Origin: Trueperaceae bacterium
GTDB lineage: Bacteria > Deinococcota > Deinococci > Deinococcales > Trueperaceae
Assembly (NCBI GenBank): GCA_034520945.1
Contig: JAXHNB010000005.1
Coordinates: forward strand, 32,001-96,000
DNA: 64,000 bases
Direction: 5' to 3'
A program made the translations under genes and the position numbers. The notes beneath the pieces are model-generated. The model made no database searches, had not been told where the DNA came from, and was given only the letters and a program-made list of their open reading frames with translations. Position 1 is the first letter of the stretch. Each line of letters starts with the position of its first letter. This document shows, piece after piece, positions 19,858 through 31,635 of the stretch.

Positions 19858-20390
19858 GGGCAGCACGGCGCACGCACGGCATTCCCCGCCAGGCCGGCCG
19901 GGTGCTGGCACCGGCATGGGCGATGGCCCTGACGTTGGCCTTGGCGGCGTGCGGGCCGCTGGCGGCCGACACCGGACCGCGCTACCCCTACGAGGAGGGC
20001 GCCACCTACGACGTCCGCGCCGGCGACACGTTGTACGTCACCGCGACCTACCCCATCGCCGAGATCGGGCTGAGCGAACAGGACGTGCGCGACGCACGCC
20101 TGAACTGGATCCCGGCGGGCTTCCGCGGCGAATCCGCCAACGCGTCGCGCCTGCTCCGCGCCGCCGAGCCCGACGCGCCGCCCGGCTGGCAGGTTCGCCC
20201 CTGGCAGACCCGGATGGTGCGCGAACGGCCGCTCGGGCGGACGCAGGCCGCCGACGCCTACCGCCTGGAGACCGAGCTCCGTGTCGACGTGCCCGAGGAG
20301 GCGTACGACCTCACGCGGCGCGTTCGCGTCGAACTGGCGGTGCAGGACGGCGACACCCTCGACTTCGACTTTTTGGTCCGCGCACGCTGA
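19854..20390 (+). CDS. Hypothetical lipoprotein
   Basis: ATGA overlap with the malQ stop; lipobox LAAC. Confidence 0.65.
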   Translation: MRAARRTHGIPRQAGRVLAPAWAMALTLALAACGPLAADTGPRYPYEEGATYDVRAGDTLYVTATYPIAEIGLSEQDVRDARLNWIPAGFRGESANASRLLRAAEPDAPPGWQVRPWQTRMVRERPLGRTQAADAYRLETELRVDVPEEAYDLTRRVRVELAVQDGDTLDFDFLVRAR

Positions 20391-20396
20391 CACCGC

Positions 20397-20861
20397 TCAC
20401 GCGTCCGCGCGCTCCTCGCGCACCAGCCCCGTGACCCGCCACACGGGCGCCGCGCCCTCGGCCCCGCCCTCCTGGCGCCGAAGCGACAGCAGGTAGGCGG
20501 CGGCGCGGCCGTCCGCACCCGCGACCTCGACGCGCACGCGGGCCGCATCGTCCAGGCGCGCCCACGGCCCGAGCGCGGCCGCGTCGTGCCCCAGGAGCGG
20601 GGCGTGTGCGCTGTTCGCCAACAGGTCCGCCAGGTGCGCCGGCCCGCCGACGGCACGCGCCAAGCCCGGGCCCGCCACCGACCACAACGCCTCGGCGGCG
20701 GGACGTGCCTGGCGGGACGCCGCGAAGCAGGCCAGCAACGCCCGAATCAGCGTCTCGGGGTCGTCGCCCGGAAGGGTCGTTCCCGGGCGGCACGCCTCAG
20801 GCGGGGCCTCGCCGTCAGTCGTCGAGCCGCATCGAGACGTACTTGACCTCCAGGTATTCAT
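20397..20861 (-). CDS. Hypothetical protein (start uncertain)
   Basis: Protein-like frame filling the gap downstream of gabD; no convincing start codon. Confidence 0.35.
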   Translation of the reverse strand: MNTWRSSTSRCGSTTDGEAPPEACRPGTTLPGDDPETLIRALLACFAASRQARPAAEALWSVAGPGLARAVGGPAHLADLLANSAHAPLLGHDAAALGPWARLDDAARVRVEVAGADGRAAAYLLSLRRQEGGAEGAAPVWRVTGLVREERADA

Positions 20862-22251
20862 CGATGCCCCACGGGCCGCCCTCCCGGCCGACGCCGGACT
20901 GCTTCATGCCGCCGAACGGCGCGTTGGGCGCGCTGGGCACGCCGTCGTTCACGCCGACGATGCCGTACTCCAACGCCTCCGCAACGCGCCAGGCGCGGCT
21001 CAGGTCGTTGGTGTACGTGTACGCCGCCAGTCCGTAGGGGGTGTCGTTGGCCAGCGCGATCGCCTCCGATTCGCTGGCGAAGCTCAGGATCGGCGCGACC
21101 GGTCCGAACGTCTCCTCGTTCATCATCGTCATGGCGGGCGTGACGCCGGTCAGTACGGTGGGGAGGTAGTACAGGTCGTGGTCCACCTCGCCGCCGAGGC
21201 GCAGGGTGGCGCCCTTGGCGAGCGCGTCCCGCACGTGCTCCTGGACCTTGGTCATCCCCTGCGCGTCCACCAGCGGCCCGATGTCGGTGGCGTCGTCCAT
21301 GGGGTCGCCCACCCGCAGCGCCCGGCTGGCCGCCACGTAGCGCTCCGTGAACGCCTCCGCGACGTCCTGGTGGACGTAGATGCGGTTGGTACAGACGCAG
21401 GTCTGCCCGGCGTTGCGGTACTTGCAGGCGATCGACTCGCGGACCGCCTGATCGAGGTCGGCGTCGTCGAACACCAAAAACGGCGCGTGCCCGCCCAGCT
21501 CCAGGCTGAGCTTCTTGATGGTGTCCGCGCTCTGCCGGTAGAGGATCCGTCCCACCTCGGTACTGCCGGTGAAGGTGACCTTGCGGATGCGGGGGTCGGC
21601 CATGAGCGCTTCGCTGAGCGGCGCGGGGTCCGCGGCGGGGAGGATCTGCAGGGTGCCTTCGGGTCCGCCGGCCTCGCGCCACAGTTCGCCGAGGAGCAGC
21701 GCGGTGAGCGGGGTCTGCTCGGCCGGCTTGTGCACGAAGGTGCACCCCGCCGCCAGGGCGGGCGCGGCCTTGCGCGTCACCATCGCGGCCGGGAAGTTCC
21801 AGGGGGTCACGCCGTAGACCGGCCCGACCGGTTGCCGCAGGGCCAGGCCGCGCTTGGCGCGATTCGTGGTCGGGAACACCTCGCCGTAGGTGCGCGTGGC
21901 CTCCTCGGCGTACCACCGCACGAAGCCGGCGGCGTAGGCGATCTCGCCGCGCGCCTCCCGGATCGGCTTGCCCATCTCGCGCGTCATGACCCGGGCCAGC
22001 GCCTCCTGTTCGGACATGATCAGGTCGTGCCACCGCCGGAGCACCTCGGCGCGCTCGAAGGCGCTGCGGGCCCGCCACTCCTCGAAGGCCCGCCAGGCCA
22101 CGCTCGCGGCGTGATCCGCCACGTCGGCCCCGCAGTCGGCGACGTGGGCGATCACCTCGCCGTCAGCGGGGCCGTACACCGCGAAGCTGGAGCGGCCCTC
22201 GTGCCAGGCGTCGGACAGGTAGCGTCGTTCGACCGTCTCTAGGCTGACCAT
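20815..22251 (-). CDS. gabD: NAD(P)-dependent succinate-semialdehyde dehydrogenase
   Basis: Motifs TPWNFP, FTGSTEVG, LELGGHAP, RNAGQTCVC and EETFGP. Confidence 0.92.
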   Translation of the reverse strand: MVSLETVERRYLSDAWHEGRSSFAVYGPADGEVIAHVADCGADVADHAASVAWRAFEEWRARSAFERAEVLRRWHDLIMSEQEALARVMTREMGKPIREARGEIAYAAGFVRWYAEEATRTYGEVFPTTNRAKRGLALRQPVGPVYGVTPWNFPAAMVTRKAAPALAAGCTFVHKPAEQTPLTALLLGELWREAGGPEGTLQILPAADPAPLSEALMADPRIRKVTFTGSTEVGRILYRQSADTIKKLSLELGGHAPFLVFDDADLDQAVRESIACKYRNAGQTCVCTNRIYVHQDVAEAFTERYVAASRALRVGDPMDDATDIGPLVDAQGMTKVQEHVRDALAKGATLRLGGEVDHDLYYLPTVLTGVTPAMTMMNEETFGPVAPILSFASESEAIALANDTPYGLAAYTYTNDLSRAWRVAEALEYGIVGVNDGVPSAPNAPFGGMKQSGVGREGGPWGIDEYLEVKYVSMRLDD

Positions 22252-22323
22252 GCCCGCAGCATAGCGCAGGGCGCTGCGTCGCCGCCGTCTCGGCGGGGCG
22301 GCCGCGGCGGGCCCGGGCGGACG

Positions 22324-23823
22324 TCAGGCGGCGCGTTGGCGTATCAGGTTCTGGGCGATCTTGGCGCTGGACAGGACGCCTGGCAGGCCCGCCCCCGGGT
22401 GCGTGCCGGCCCCGACGAAGTAGAGGTTCTCCAACTCCTCGCTGCGGTTGTGGGGCCGGAACCAGGCGGACTGCCGCAGGGTCGGCGCGAACGAAAAGGC
22501 CGACCCGAGGTGGCTGCGCAGGGTGTCCTGGAAGTGCAGCGGGTCGATGTGGCGCTCGGTGACGATGTGCCGCGACAGGCCGGGCAGGACGTGCGCTTCG
22601 AGGTGCTCGACGATGGCGTCGCGGTAGGGACCGGCCTCGTCGCGCCAGTCGATGCCGCTCTTCAGGTTCGGAACCGGCGACAGCACGTAGAACGCCTCGT
22701 GCCCCTCCGGCGCCATGGCGGGATCGGTGTAGGACGGCATGTGCAGGTACAGGCTGAAATCCGGGGGCAGGCGACCGTCGTTGTGGAACACGTCGTGCAG
22801 CAGCTCGCGGTAGCGCCGGCCCAGCAGGATGTTGTGGTGCCTCAACGTCCCCTCGTGACGGTACTGCCGGTCGGTGCCGAAGTACAGCACGAACAGGCCC
22901 ATGGCGTAGTCCATGCGCTGCAGCTTGGCGTCGGTGTAGGTGCGTCGGTGGCGCGGCGCGATCAGCTTCGCGTAGGTCGTGGCGACGTCGGCGTTGGAGA
23001 CGACGTCGTTGGCGTAGACGACCTCGCCGCCTTCCAGCCGTACGCCGCGGGCGCGGGGGCGGGCGCCGTCCTCGACCAGGATCTCGGCGACCGGCGCGTT
23101 CAGGTGGATGGTGCCGCCGAGGTCGCGAATCAGCGCCTCGAGTCCCGCGACCAGCGCCCCCGTGCCGCCCATCGCGTACCACACGCCCCAGTGGCGTTCC
23201 AGGTAGTGGATCATGGCGTAGATGCTGGGCGTCTCGAACGGGTTGCCGCCCACCAGCAGCGGATGGAAGCTGAACACCCGGCGCAGGAACGGGTCCTCGA
23301 CGAACTGAGCCAGGTAGTCGTACACCGACTTGTAGCTCTGCATGCGGAGCAGGTCCGGCGCCACCTTCACCATGTCCCACGGGGACAAGAACGGCTGGTC
23401 GGCCAGCTCTTCGAACCCCTTCTCGAAGATCGCGCGGGTGCTGTGCATGAAGTTCAGGTAGCCGCGCTTGTCACTGGGGTTGCGGTCGTGGATCTGCTGC
23501 AGGATGGCCATCTCGTCGTCTCCGTAGTCGAACGGACGGTCGTCGGCGTCGAAGATCCGGTAGAACGGGTCGCACTTCACGAACGGCACCTGCGCCTCGC
23601 GGCGCCGGCCGGCCAGCGCCCACAACTCGTCGAACATCCAGGGCGCCGTGATGATGGTGGGGCCGCCGTCGAAACGGAAGCCGTCCTGGTGGTAGGTGTA
23701 GGCCCGGCCGCCCAGCGCGTCGCGCGCCTCGAACATGGTGACGTCGTGCCCGTCGGCCAAGAGGCGCACGGCCGTGGCGAGCCCGCCGAAGCCGCTTCCG
23801 ATGATGATCACGTGTCGCTTCAC
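22324..23823 (-). CDS. crtI: Phytoene desaturase
   Basis: Motifs [28 protein letters not shown] and [18 protein letters not shown]. Confidence 0.95.
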   Translation of the reverse strand: MKRHVIIIGSGFGGLATAVRLLADGHDVTMFEARDALGGRAYTYHQDGFRFDGGPTIITAPWMFDELWALAGRRREAQVPFVKCDPFYRIFDADDRPFDYGDDEMAILQQIHDRNPSDKRGYLNFMHSTRAIFEKGFEELADQPFLSPWDMVKVAPDLLRMQSYKSVYDYLAQFVEDPFLRRVFSFHPLLVGGNPFETPSIYAMIHYLERHWGVWYAMGGTGALVAGLEALIRDLGGTIHLNAPVAEILVEDGARPRARGVRLEGGEVVYANDVVSNADVATTYAKLIAPRHRRTYTDAKLQRMDYAMGLFVLYFGTDRQYRHEGTLRHHNILLGRRYRELLHDVFHNDGRLPPDFSLYLHMPSYTDPAMAPEGHEAFYVLSPVPNLKSGIDWRDEAGPYRDAIVEHLEAHVLPGLSRHIVTERHIDPLHFQDTLRSHLGSAFSFAPTLRQSAWFRPHNRSEELENLYFVGAGTHPGAGLPGVLSSAKIAQNLIRQRAA

Positions 23824-23874
23824 GCGCAGAGTATAGGCGTCCGCGCCGCGCCGCCGGGTCCCGCGCCGTGCACG

Positions 23875-25053
23875 TCAGTCCGCCCGAGGGGACGAAGCCG
23901 CCTCGCGTTCGGGCCGCATCAGGTCGTCGGGCGTCTCCCGGCGCCGCGCCAGCCAGGCCTCATCGCCGCGCACCGCGACCTCGGCCGGACGCAGCTCGGA
24001 GGCGTAATTGGACGCCATCGCGAAGCCGTAGGCGCCGGCCCGTTCGACCGCCAGCAGGTCGCCCGGCCCCGCCGCCAACGTCCGCTCGCGCCCCAAGCGG
24101 TCGGCGTTCTCGCACAGGGGACCGTCCACGTCGCCGTGCCCGTCCGGCGCGGCGGACGGGCCGACCCGGCGGATGGGGTGATGGGCGTCGTACAGGGCCG
24201 GGCGGAGCAGCTGCGCCATGCCGGCGTCGGTGATCCAGTGGGTGGGCGGGCCCTCCTTGCGCCACAGGACGCGGGTGAGGAGCGTCCCCGCGTCGGCCGT
24301 CACCCAGCGGCCGGGCTCCAGGATCAGGCTCGCGCCGTGCTGCGCCAGCCAGGGTCGCACCCGCGCCGCCAACGCCTCCAGCGGGAAGTCGGGCACGGCG
24401 AACCCGCCGCCCAGGTTCAGGGTGTCGGCCGCGGGAAAGGCACGGAACAGCGGCGTCAATCCCTCGAGGATGCGCTGGTGCACGCCCACGTCGGTGATCA
24501 TCGATCCGGCGTGCACGTGGAACCCCGCCAGGCGCCCCGCGTCCTGCACCCGCGTTGCCAGCGCGCGCGCCGCGGCGGGGGGCAGGCCGAACTTCGAGCC
24601 CGCCGCGCCGGTCGCGAGGTGGGCGTGCGTGCCCGGGTCCAAACCGGGATGGACCCGCACCAGGAAGCGGGCCCCCTGGGGCGCCCGCGCCCGCCAGGCC
24701 TCCCACTGCCCTTCGTGGTCCAGGCTGACGTGCGCCACGGGCGCCTCGGCCGCCCACGCCCGCAGGCGTTCGTCCTGGCCGGGCCCCCCGACCAAGGTGC
24801 GGCCGGCCGGCACGCCCGCCGCGTGGGCACGGACGGCTTCGCCCAGCGTGATCACCTCGGCCCCGACGCCGGCGGCGGCCATGGTCCGCAGCACGCAGGC
24901 GGCGGGGTTGGCCTTGACGGCGTAGCGCAGCGCCGCGCCGGGAAAGGCGGACCGGAGCCGGTCGATCCGGGCCTCGACGGCGCCCAGGTCGTACACGTAC
25001 AACGGCGTGCCGTACGCCTCGGCGAGGGCCTGAAGGCGGGCGTCCGTAGGCAT
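23875..25053 (-). CDS. lysA: Diaminopimelate decarboxylase-like (fold type III PLP decarboxylase)
   Basis: Motifs YGTPLYVYD, YAVKAN, SKFG, H.HAGS, LNLGGG, EPGR, RPALY, GPLCEN.D and GAYG..MASNY. Confidence 0.8.
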   Translation of the reverse strand: MPTDARLQALAEAYGTPLYVYDLGAVEARIDRLRSAFPGAALRYAVKANPAACVLRTMAAAGVGAEVITLGEAVRAHAAGVPAGRTLVGGPGQDERLRAWAAEAPVAHVSLDHEGQWEAWRARAPQGARFLVRVHPGLDPGTHAHLATGAAGSKFGLPPAAARALATRVQDAGRLAGFHVHAGSMITDVGVHQRILEGLTPLFRAFPAADTLNLGGGFAVPDFPLEALAARVRPWLAQHGASLILEPGRWVTADAGTLLTRVLWRKEGPPTHWITDAGMAQLLRPALYDAHHPIRRVGPSAAPDGHGDVDGPLCENADRLGRERTLAAGPGDLLAVERAGAYGFAMASNYASELRPAEVAVRGDEAWLARRRETPDDLMRPEREAASSPRAD

Positions 25054-25104
25054 CGTCGGCGAGCCTATCAAGCGGGTCTCGCCGTGGCTGCTAAGCTCAC
25101 CGGC

Positions 25105-25668
25105 ATGATGAACCGCCAGGTGCGCCGCATCGAGGAGCGCAAGGAACGCAAGACCGAGAAGGACAAGGCCAAGGCGAAGGAGGAACGCGAGGCCCGAAAG
25201 CGCGAGGTGCAAGAGCGCCGCAAGCGCCGGCGCGAGGCGTCCAAGCGCGGCGGCGAGGGGGGCGGCAAGGAAACCGCCGCCAGCGGCAGCGAGGAGGGCG
25301 CCGCGAAGTCCGGTGGCAAGCGGCGCTCCAATCCGGGGCGGTTCGCGGGCGCGCTGATGGTGGCGACGGTGTTCTTCATCGTGTTGCAGGCGGTGGCGCC
25401 GCCCGACGACACCATCGCGGGGCAACTGGTGTCGTCCAGCTTCTACCTGTTGTTCGGGTACTTCTCGGTGCTGTGGATGATGCGGCGCGGCCGGGCCCAC
25501 GCCGTGCGCTACGCCGTGATCGGCGCGGCCGCGCTGGGGGTGGGCACGGCGGCCAGCCGGCTGGTGCAGCCGGGGATGGAGCTCGCGCCGCTGATGCTGG
25601 CCCTGATCCTCCCCTTGGCGGTGGCGGGCGCGCTGCTGGGTCGCGTCGTGTACCTGAATGCCCCCTGA
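25105..25668 (+). CDS. Hypothetical membrane protein with a basic N-terminus
   Basis: Charged N-terminus followed by about 4 hydrophobic helices; TAAGCT lies 7 nt before the ATG. Confidence 0.7.
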   Translation: MMNRQVRRIEERKERKTEKDKAKAKEEREARKREVQERRKRRREASKRGGEGGGKETAASGSEEGAAKSGGKRRSNPGRFAGALMVATVFFIVLQAVAPPDDTIAGQLVSSSFYLLFGYFSVLWMMRRGRAHAVRYAVIGAAALGVGTAASRLVQPGMELAPLMLALILPLAVAGALLGRVVYLNAP

Positions 25669-26392
25669 CGCCGTGTGGGACCGGCCGGCCGTGATCGGGG
25701 CGATGCCGGAGGAGATCCGTCGCCTGACGGCCGCGCTGGCGCGCCCGCAACGGTGGACGCGGGGACCGTTCGCGCTGCACCGCGGCCGGGCGTTCGGTCG
25801 CGAGGTCACGGTGGCCGAGTGCGGCGTCGGCAAGGTCAACGCCGCCGCGTTGGCGCAGCAACTGCTGGTGGACGGCGCGACGGCGGTGGTGTTCACCGGC
25901 GTGGCCGGCGCGGTCGACCCGTCGCTGCGGGTCGGCGACGTGGTCGTGTCCGAGGACGCTGTCCAGCACGACGTGGACGTGACGCCGCTCGGCTACGCGC
26001 GGGGGTGCGTGCCCGGCCAGCCGCTGGCGTGGCCGGCCGACGCCGAACTGCGCGAGGCCGCGCTGGCGGCCGCCCGCGAGGCCGCCCGCGCGGCGGGGTC
26101 CGAGCACGCGGTGGTGCTCGGCCGGGTCGCCTCGGGTGACCAGTTCATCGCCGACGCCGCCCGGACCGCGGCGTTGGCGTCCGAGTTCGGGGCAAGCTGC
26201 ACCGAGATGGAGGGGGCGGCCGTGGCGCAGGTGTGCGCCCGCTGGGGCGTGCCGTGGGTGATCGTGCGCGTGATCAGCGACACCGCCGACTTTGGTGCAT
26301 CGCACGACTTTCGCGCGTTCACGGAGCTGGCGGCGGAACGGGCGGAAGCCGTCGTCCGCGGGATCCTGGGGCGCCTCGAACAGGGCGCGTAG
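25658..26392 (+). CDS. mtnN: 5'-methylthioadenosine/S-adenosylhomocysteine nucleosidase
   Basis: Motifs IGAMPEE, GVGKVNAA, FTGVAG, SGDQF, EMEGAAVAQ and R.ISD.AD. Confidence 0.93.
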   Translation: MPPDAVWDRPAVIGAMPEEIRRLTAALARPQRWTRGPFALHRGRAFGREVTVAECGVGKVNAAALAQQLLVDGATAVVFTGVAGAVDPSLRVGDVVVSEDAVQHDVDVTPLGYARGCVPGQPLAWPADAELREAALAAAREAARAAGSEHAVVLGRVASGDQFIADAARTAALASEFGASCTEMEGAAVAQVCARWGVPWVIVRVISDTADFGASHDFRAFTELAAERAEAVVRGILGRLEQGA

Positions 26393-26559
26393 TGGCGCGG
26401 GAACGGGCAGGCGGCGCGCTGCGGTAGCATGACCGGCGCCGCGGGTGGCGCCCGACGCCGGCACGCCCGCCAAGGACGCGACGCGCGCATGGGCGCGGGG
26501 CGGGACCGGCGCAAACCCCGGGTCGGCCCCGGCCGCCCGATGCAGGAGGAGACGGCCGC

Positions 26560-29280
26560 ATGGCAGACGTATTGGACGACATGCTCGACCTCGACCGGTC
26601 GCAGTTGAGCTCGGAGGAACGGGCCGAGCTCGACCGGATCGAGACGCGCGAGTGGATGGAATCGCTGGACTACGTGCTGGCGTCGGGCGGCGCGCCACGT
26701 GTGCGCGAAATCCTGGAACGGCTCGAGGTGCACGCCCACCGCCACGGGGTCGACGTGCCGTTCAGCGCGGAAACGCCGTACCTGAACACCATTTCCGTCG
26801 AGGCGCAGCCGGCGTATCCCGGCGACCTGACGATGGAGCGCCGCATCCGGGCGCTGGTCCGCTGGAACGCCATGGCGATGGTGGTGCGTGCCAACAAGCA
26901 CTCCGACGGCATCGGCGGGCACCTGTCCACCTACGCCTCGGCCTCGATGCTGTACGAGGTCGGCTTCAACCACTTCTTCCGCGGGCACGGGCGCGGCGCG
27001 GACCGTGACCTGGTCTACTTCCAGGGGCACGCCAGCCCCGGCATCTACGCCCGCAGCTACCTGGAGGGCCGCTTCGAGGCGCAGCACCTCCGCAACTTCC
27101 GCCGCGAGCTGCAAGGCGAGCCGGGCCTGTCCAGTTATCCGCACCCGTGGCTGATGCCGGACTACTGGGAGTTCCCCACCGTGTCGATGGGGCTGGCGGC
27201 GCCGATGTCGATCTACAACGCCCGCTACGCCCGTTACCTCGAGGCGCGGGGCTTGAAGGAAAAGGGCGACGGCAAGGTGTGGGCCTTCATCGGCGACGGC
27301 GAGACCGACGAGCCGGAGACGATGGGCCCCATCAAGATCGCCTCCCGCGAGAATCTGGACAACCTGATCTGGGTGATCAACTGCAACCTGCAGCGCCTGG
27401 ACGGCCCCGTGTACGGCAACGGCAAGATCATCCAGGAGCTCGAGGCGATCTTCCGCGGCGCCGGCTGGAACGTGATCAAGGTCGCCTGGGGCAGCGGCTG
27501 GGACGCCCTGCTGCAGAAGGACGACCAGGGGTTGCTGGCGCAGCGCTTCGACCGGATGGTGGACGGCGAGTCGCAACGCTACGCCGCGTTCGGCGCGCCG
27601 GAGCTCCGCGAACGCTTCTTCGACACGCCCGAACTGGCGGCGCTGATCGAAGGGTGGAGCGACGACGACCTGGCGACCCTGAACCGGGGCGGGCACGACG
27701 CCAAGAAGGTGTACGCCGCCTACGACGCGGCGGTGAAGCACCGCGGCAGTCCGACCGTCATCCTGGCGCGGACGGTGAAGGGCTACGGCCTGGGCGACAC
27801 GGCCGAAGCGCGCAACCCCGCGCACCAGACCAAGAAGCTGGACGAGGACGGCATGCGGGCGCTTCGGGACCGCTTGGAGATTCCGATCTCCGACGAGGCC
27901 ATCGGCGACGACCCGTTCTACCGCCCAGAAGCGGACGCGCCCGAGGCGCGCTACCTCCAGGAGCGGCGCGAAGCGTTGGGCGGCTACCTGCCCAAGCGCG
28001 AGGTCCAGGTCGAGCCGCTCGAGGCGCCCCCGGCCGAGCTGTTCGAGGAGTTCTTCGAAGGCACCGGCGACCGGGCGGTGTCGACCACCATGGTGTTCGT
28101 CTCGGTGCTCCGCAAGCTGCTTCGCGACGACACGTGGGGCGACCGCATCGTGCCGATCATTCCGGACGAGGCCCGCACCTTCGGCATGGAGGCGCTGTTC
28201 CGCCAGATCGGCATCTACAGCCCCACCGGCCAGCTGTACGAACCGGTCGACCGTGAGAACCTGCTGTACTACAAGGAAAGCAAGGATGGCGCCATCCTCG
28301 AGGAGGGCATCACCGAGGTGGGCGCCATGTCCAGCTTCATCGCCGCCGGCACCAGCTACGCCAACTACGGCGTGACCACGGTGCCGTTCTACGTGTACTA
28401 CTCCATGTTCGGATTTCAACGCATCGGCGATTTCGCCTGGGCGGCCGGCGACGTGCGGGCCAAGGGGTTCATGCTGGGCGCGACCGCCGGCCGCACCACC
28501 CTGGCCGGCGAGGGGCTCCAGCACCAGGACGGCCACAGCCACCTGCTGGCGCTGCCGATCCCCAACCTCGAGGCGTACGACCCGTCCTTCGCCTACGAGC
28601 TGGCCACCATCATCCGGTATGGCATGAAGCGCATGTACCAGGACGGCGAAGACGTGTACTACTACCTCTCCGTCGAGAACGAGAACATCCGTCAGCCGGC
28701 CGCCCCGGAACACCTGTCCCGCGAAGCGTTGGAGGATGGAATCCTGCGGGGCCTGTACCTGTTCCGTCCCTCCCAGCGGCGGTTCCACGCCCGGGCGCAG
28801 CTGTTCGGTTCCGGTGCGATCATGGGCGAGGTGATGGCCGCCCAGGAGATGCTCGAGTCCTACAAGGTGGCGGCCGACGTGTGGAGCGTCACCAGCTACA
28901 AGGCGCTGCACCGCGACGCGACCGAGGTCGCGCGCCGCAACCGCCTGCGTAGCGAGGGCGAGGCCGAACGGCCGTACCTGGCGCGCCTGTTGGACGACGC
29001 CGAGGGTCCGCTTCTGGCCGCCAGCGACTACGTCAAGGCGCTGCCGGACATGCTGGCCCCCTACCTGCCACGCCCGATGCGCTCGCTGGGAACCGACGGG
29101 TTCGGCCGCAGCGAGGCGCGAGAGGAACTGCGCGACTTCTTCGAGGTCGACGCCAAGCACATCGTGCACGCCACGCTTCGCGCGCTCGTCGACGAGGGCG
29201 ACCTCGACGCGGACGTGCTGAAGCAGGCCGTCTCGGACCTGGGCATCCGCCCGGACCGGCCCGACCCCCGGCGGTCGTAG
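26560..29280 (+). CDS. aceE: Pyruvate dehydrogenase E1, homodimeric type
   Basis: Motifs [33 protein letters not shown] and [10 protein letters not shown]. Confidence 0.97.
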   Translation: MADVLDDMLDLDRSQLSSEERAELDRIETREWMESLDYVLASGGAPRVREILERLEVHAHRHGVDVPFSAETPYLNTISVEAQPAYPGDLTMERRIRALVRWNAMAMVVRANKHSDGIGGHLSTYASASMLYEVGFNHFFRGHGRGADRDLVYFQGHASPGIYARSYLEGRFEAQHLRNFRRELQGEPGLSSYPHPWLMPDYWEFPTVSMGLAAPMSIYNARYARYLEARGLKEKGDGKVWAFIGDGETDEPETMGPIKIASRENLDNLIWVINCNLQRLDGPVYGNGKIIQELEAIFRGAGWNVIKVAWGSGWDALLQKDDQGLLAQRFDRMVDGESQRYAAFGAPELRERFFDTPELAALIEGWSDDDLATLNRGGHDAKKVYAAYDAAVKHRGSPTVILARTVKGYGLGDTAEARNPAHQTKKLDEDGMRALRDRLEIPISDEAIGDDPFYRPEADAPEARYLQERREALGGYLPKREVQVEPLEAPPAELFEEFFEGTGDRAVSTTMVFVSVLRKLLRDDTWGDRIVPIIPDEARTFGMEALFRQIGIYSPTGQLYEPVDRENLLYYKESKDGAILEEGITEVGAMSSFIAAGTSYANYGVTTVPFYVYYSMFGFQRIGDFAWAAGDVRAKGFMLGATAGRTTLAGEGLQHQDGHSHLLALPIPNLEAYDPSFAYELATIIRYGMKRMYQDGEDVYYYLSVENENIRQPAAPEHLSREALEDGILRGLYLFRPSQRRFHARAQLFGSGAIMGEVMAAQEMLESYKVAADVWSVTSYKALHRDATEVARRNRLRSEGEAERPYLARLLDDAEGPLLAASDYVKALPDMLAPYLPRPMRSLGTDGFGRSEAREELRDFFEVDAKHIVHATLRALVDEGDLDADVLKQAVSDLGIRPDRPDPRRS

Positions 29281-29302
29281 CCAAGGAACGGAAGGTACGG
29301 AC

Positions 29303-30706
29303 GTGGCAACCGAATTCAAACTGCCCGAAGTCGGCGAAGGCATCGAGGGCGGCACGGTGGTGTCGGTCCTGGTGAGCGTCGGCGACCGCGTCGAGGTGGA
29401 CCAGCCCGTCGTCGAGCTCGAGACCGACAAGGCCGTCGTCGAGGTGCCGTCCTCGCTGGCGGGCGTGGTCGAGAGCCTCGCCGTCGCCGAAGGCGAAGAG
29501 GCGGCCGTCGGCTCGGTCCTCATGACGATCGACGAGCAGGCCGACGGCGCCGCCGCCGCCGCCGCCGACGCCGAAGACGAGACCGAGGCCGCAGGCGCCG
29601 ACGCCGAACCGGCCGCACCGGCCGAGGAGGCCGAGGCGCAGCGCACGTCCCAGGAGGCGTCGCCGGCCGCCGGGGGCGGCGCCGATGGGGACGGGGCGAG
29701 GCGCGCCCCCGCCGGTGGGGGCGACGCCGCGAGCGCTTCGGACGAAGCGGCCGGCGACGCCGGCGAAGCGCGGCCGATGGGGCTCCTGCCCGCCGCCCCG
29801 AGCGTGCGCCGTCTGGCGCGCGAGGTGGGGGTCGACCTGCGGGCCGTGCAGGGCTCCGGCATCCTGGGGCGGATCTCGGCCGAGGACGTACGCGCCTTCG
29901 CCGAAGGGCGCACGCCGGGACGAGCACCCGCGCAGGCACCGGCCGCCCCGGCGGGCGGCGGCGTGCCGGCACCGTCGTTGCCCGACTTTTCCAAATGGGG
30001 CCCCACCGAACGCGTCGCCATGTCCGGCATCCGCAAGGCCACGGTGCGCTCGATGCGGCAAGCGTGGGCGACCGTGCCGATGGTCACCCACTTCGACAAG
30101 GCCGACATCACCGAGTTCGAATCGCTGCGCAAGCGCTACCAACCCCGTGCCGAGGCGATGGGCACCAAGCTCACCCCCACCGCGATGCTGGTCAAGATCG
30201 TCGCCGCGGCCCTCCGCAAGTTCCCGGCCTTCAACGCCTCCATCGACACCGAGGCCGAGGAGGTCGTCTACAAGAAGTACGTGAACATCGGCGTGGCCGT
30301 CGACACCGAGCACGGACTGCTGGTCCCCGTCATCCGCGACGCGGACGCCAAGAACATGCTGCAGCTGGCCGCCGAGTTGGGCGAGCTGGCCGAGCGGGCG
30401 CGCGACCGCAAGCTGTCGCCCGACGAGATGCAGGGGGGCAACTTCAGCGTCAGCAACCTGGGCGGGATCGGCGGGACCGGCTTCACGCCGATCGTGAACC
30501 CCCCCGACGTCGCCATCCTCGGCGTGTCGCGCGGCGGGTACGAGCCGGTGTGGGACCGCGAGGCCGAAACGTTCGTGCCGCGCATGATGATGCCCCTGTC
30601 GGTCACCTACGACCACCGGCTGATCGACGGCGCCAGCGCGGCCCGCTTCCTGCGTTGGGTGTGCCGGGCGGTCGAGGAGCCGTTCCTGATGAGCCTGGAA
30701 GGCTGA
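29303..30706 (+). CDS. aceF: Dihydrolipoamide acetyltransferase E2 (one lipoyl domain)
   Basis: ETDKA lipoyl motif, PSVRRLARE binding domain and catalytic DHRLIDG. Confidence 0.94.
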   Translation: MATEFKLPEVGEGIEGGTVVSVLVSVGDRVEVDQPVVELETDKAVVEVPSSLAGVVESLAVAEGEEAAVGSVLMTIDEQADGAAAAAADAEDETEAAGADAEPAAPAEEAEAQRTSQEASPAAGGGADGDGARRAPAGGGDAASASDEAAGDAGEARPMGLLPAAPSVRRLAREVGVDLRAVQGSGILGRISAEDVRAFAEGRTPGRAPAQAPAAPAGGGVPAPSLPDFSKWGPTERVAMSGIRKATVRSMRQAWATVPMVTHFDKADITEFESLRKRYQPRAEAMGTKLTPTAMLVKIVAAALRKFPAFNASIDTEAEEVVYKKYVNIGVAVDTEHGLLVPVIRDADAKNMLQLAAELGELAERARDRKLSPDEMQGGNFSVSNLGGIGGTGFTPIVNPPDVAILGVSRGGYEPVWDREAETFVPRMMMPLSVTYDHRLIDGASAARFLRWVCRAVEEPFLMSLEG

Positions 30707-30773
30707 GCCCCGTCCGCGCTGCGCGATCCGGCGCGTGAATGATTCTCACCTCGGCGTGATAGCATGCCGCGTC

Positions 30774-31559
30774 ATGCCGGCGTTCGCTTCGTCCCTCACG
30801 CACGACGCGCCGGTCCGCCCCGTGGGCGACGGGGGGCGGTCGCTGCGCGCCACGGGCCTGACCAAGCGCTACGGCCGCCGCACCGTGGTGTCGGCGGTCG
30901 ACCTGTCGTTGGACCCGGGCGAGATCGTGGCGTTGCTGGGACCGAACGGCGCCGGCAAGACCACCAGCTTCTACATGATGGTCGGCTTCGTGCGCCCCGA
31001 CCGGGGCCGCATCTACCTGGACGGACGCGACGTCACGCGCTGGCCGATGCACCGCCGGGCGCGCGCGGGCCTGGGCTACCTGGCGCAGGAGGCCAGCGCG
31101 TTTCGGCGCATGAGCGTGCGCGACAACCTGCTGGCCATCCTCGAGTTCCGCGAACCCGAGCGCGAGGTGCGCGAAGCCCGCGCCGACGCGCTGCTGGAAG
31201 AGTTCGGTTTGACCGCCCTCGCGTCGAACCGCGCGGACACCCTCTCGGGCGGAGAACGCCGGCGGCTCGAGATCGCGCGCAGCCTCACCGTCGACCCCGC
31301 CTTCATCCTGCTGGACGAGCCGTTCACGGGCGTCGATCCCAAGTCGATCCGAGAGATCCAGGACCTGGTTCGCGACCTGCGCGAGCGGCGCGGGTTGGGC
31401 GTGTTGCTGACCGACCACAGCGTGCGCGAGACCATCGCCATCGCCGACCGGGTGGTGCTGATGTACGACGGCCGGGTCCGCTTCGACGGCACGCCCGAGG
31501 CGTTCGCCGAGGACGACGACGTGCGCCACACCTACCTCGGTAGCGACTTCCGGCTCTGA
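30774..31559 (+). CDS. lptB: LPS export ABC ATPase-like
   Basis: Motifs [44 protein letters not shown] and TDH.VRET. Confidence 0.88.
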   Translation: MPAFASSLTHDAPVRPVGDGGRSLRATGLTKRYGRRTVVSAVDLSLDPGEIVALLGPNGAGKTTSFYMMVGFVRPDRGRIYLDGRDVTRWPMHRRARAGLGYLAQEASAFRRMSVRDNLLAILEFREPEREVREARADALLEEFGLTALASNRADTLSGGERRRLEIARSLTVDPAFILLDEPFTGVDPKSIREIQDLVRDLRERRGLGVLLTDHSVRETIAIADRVVLMYDGRVRFDGTPEAFAEDDDVRHTYLGSDFRL

Positions 31560-31635
31560 AGGGGGCACCGGCGATGTTGGCGCCACGGCGCACCCCACCC
31601 GGCCGGTGCGGTGGCGTGAGAGGGGGGCGGCGCGC

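Noticed and set aside
22336..30132. Very long antisense ORFs (22336-25668 +, 25993-30132 -; likewise 14937-17495 and 17245-19917)
   Set aside because: These are mirror frames of high-GC genes. Only 25105-25668 of the first looks like a real gene.
30706..30774. Missing lpdA after aceEF
   Set aside because: E3 is often encoded elsewhere and shared between complexes; not informative from one window.
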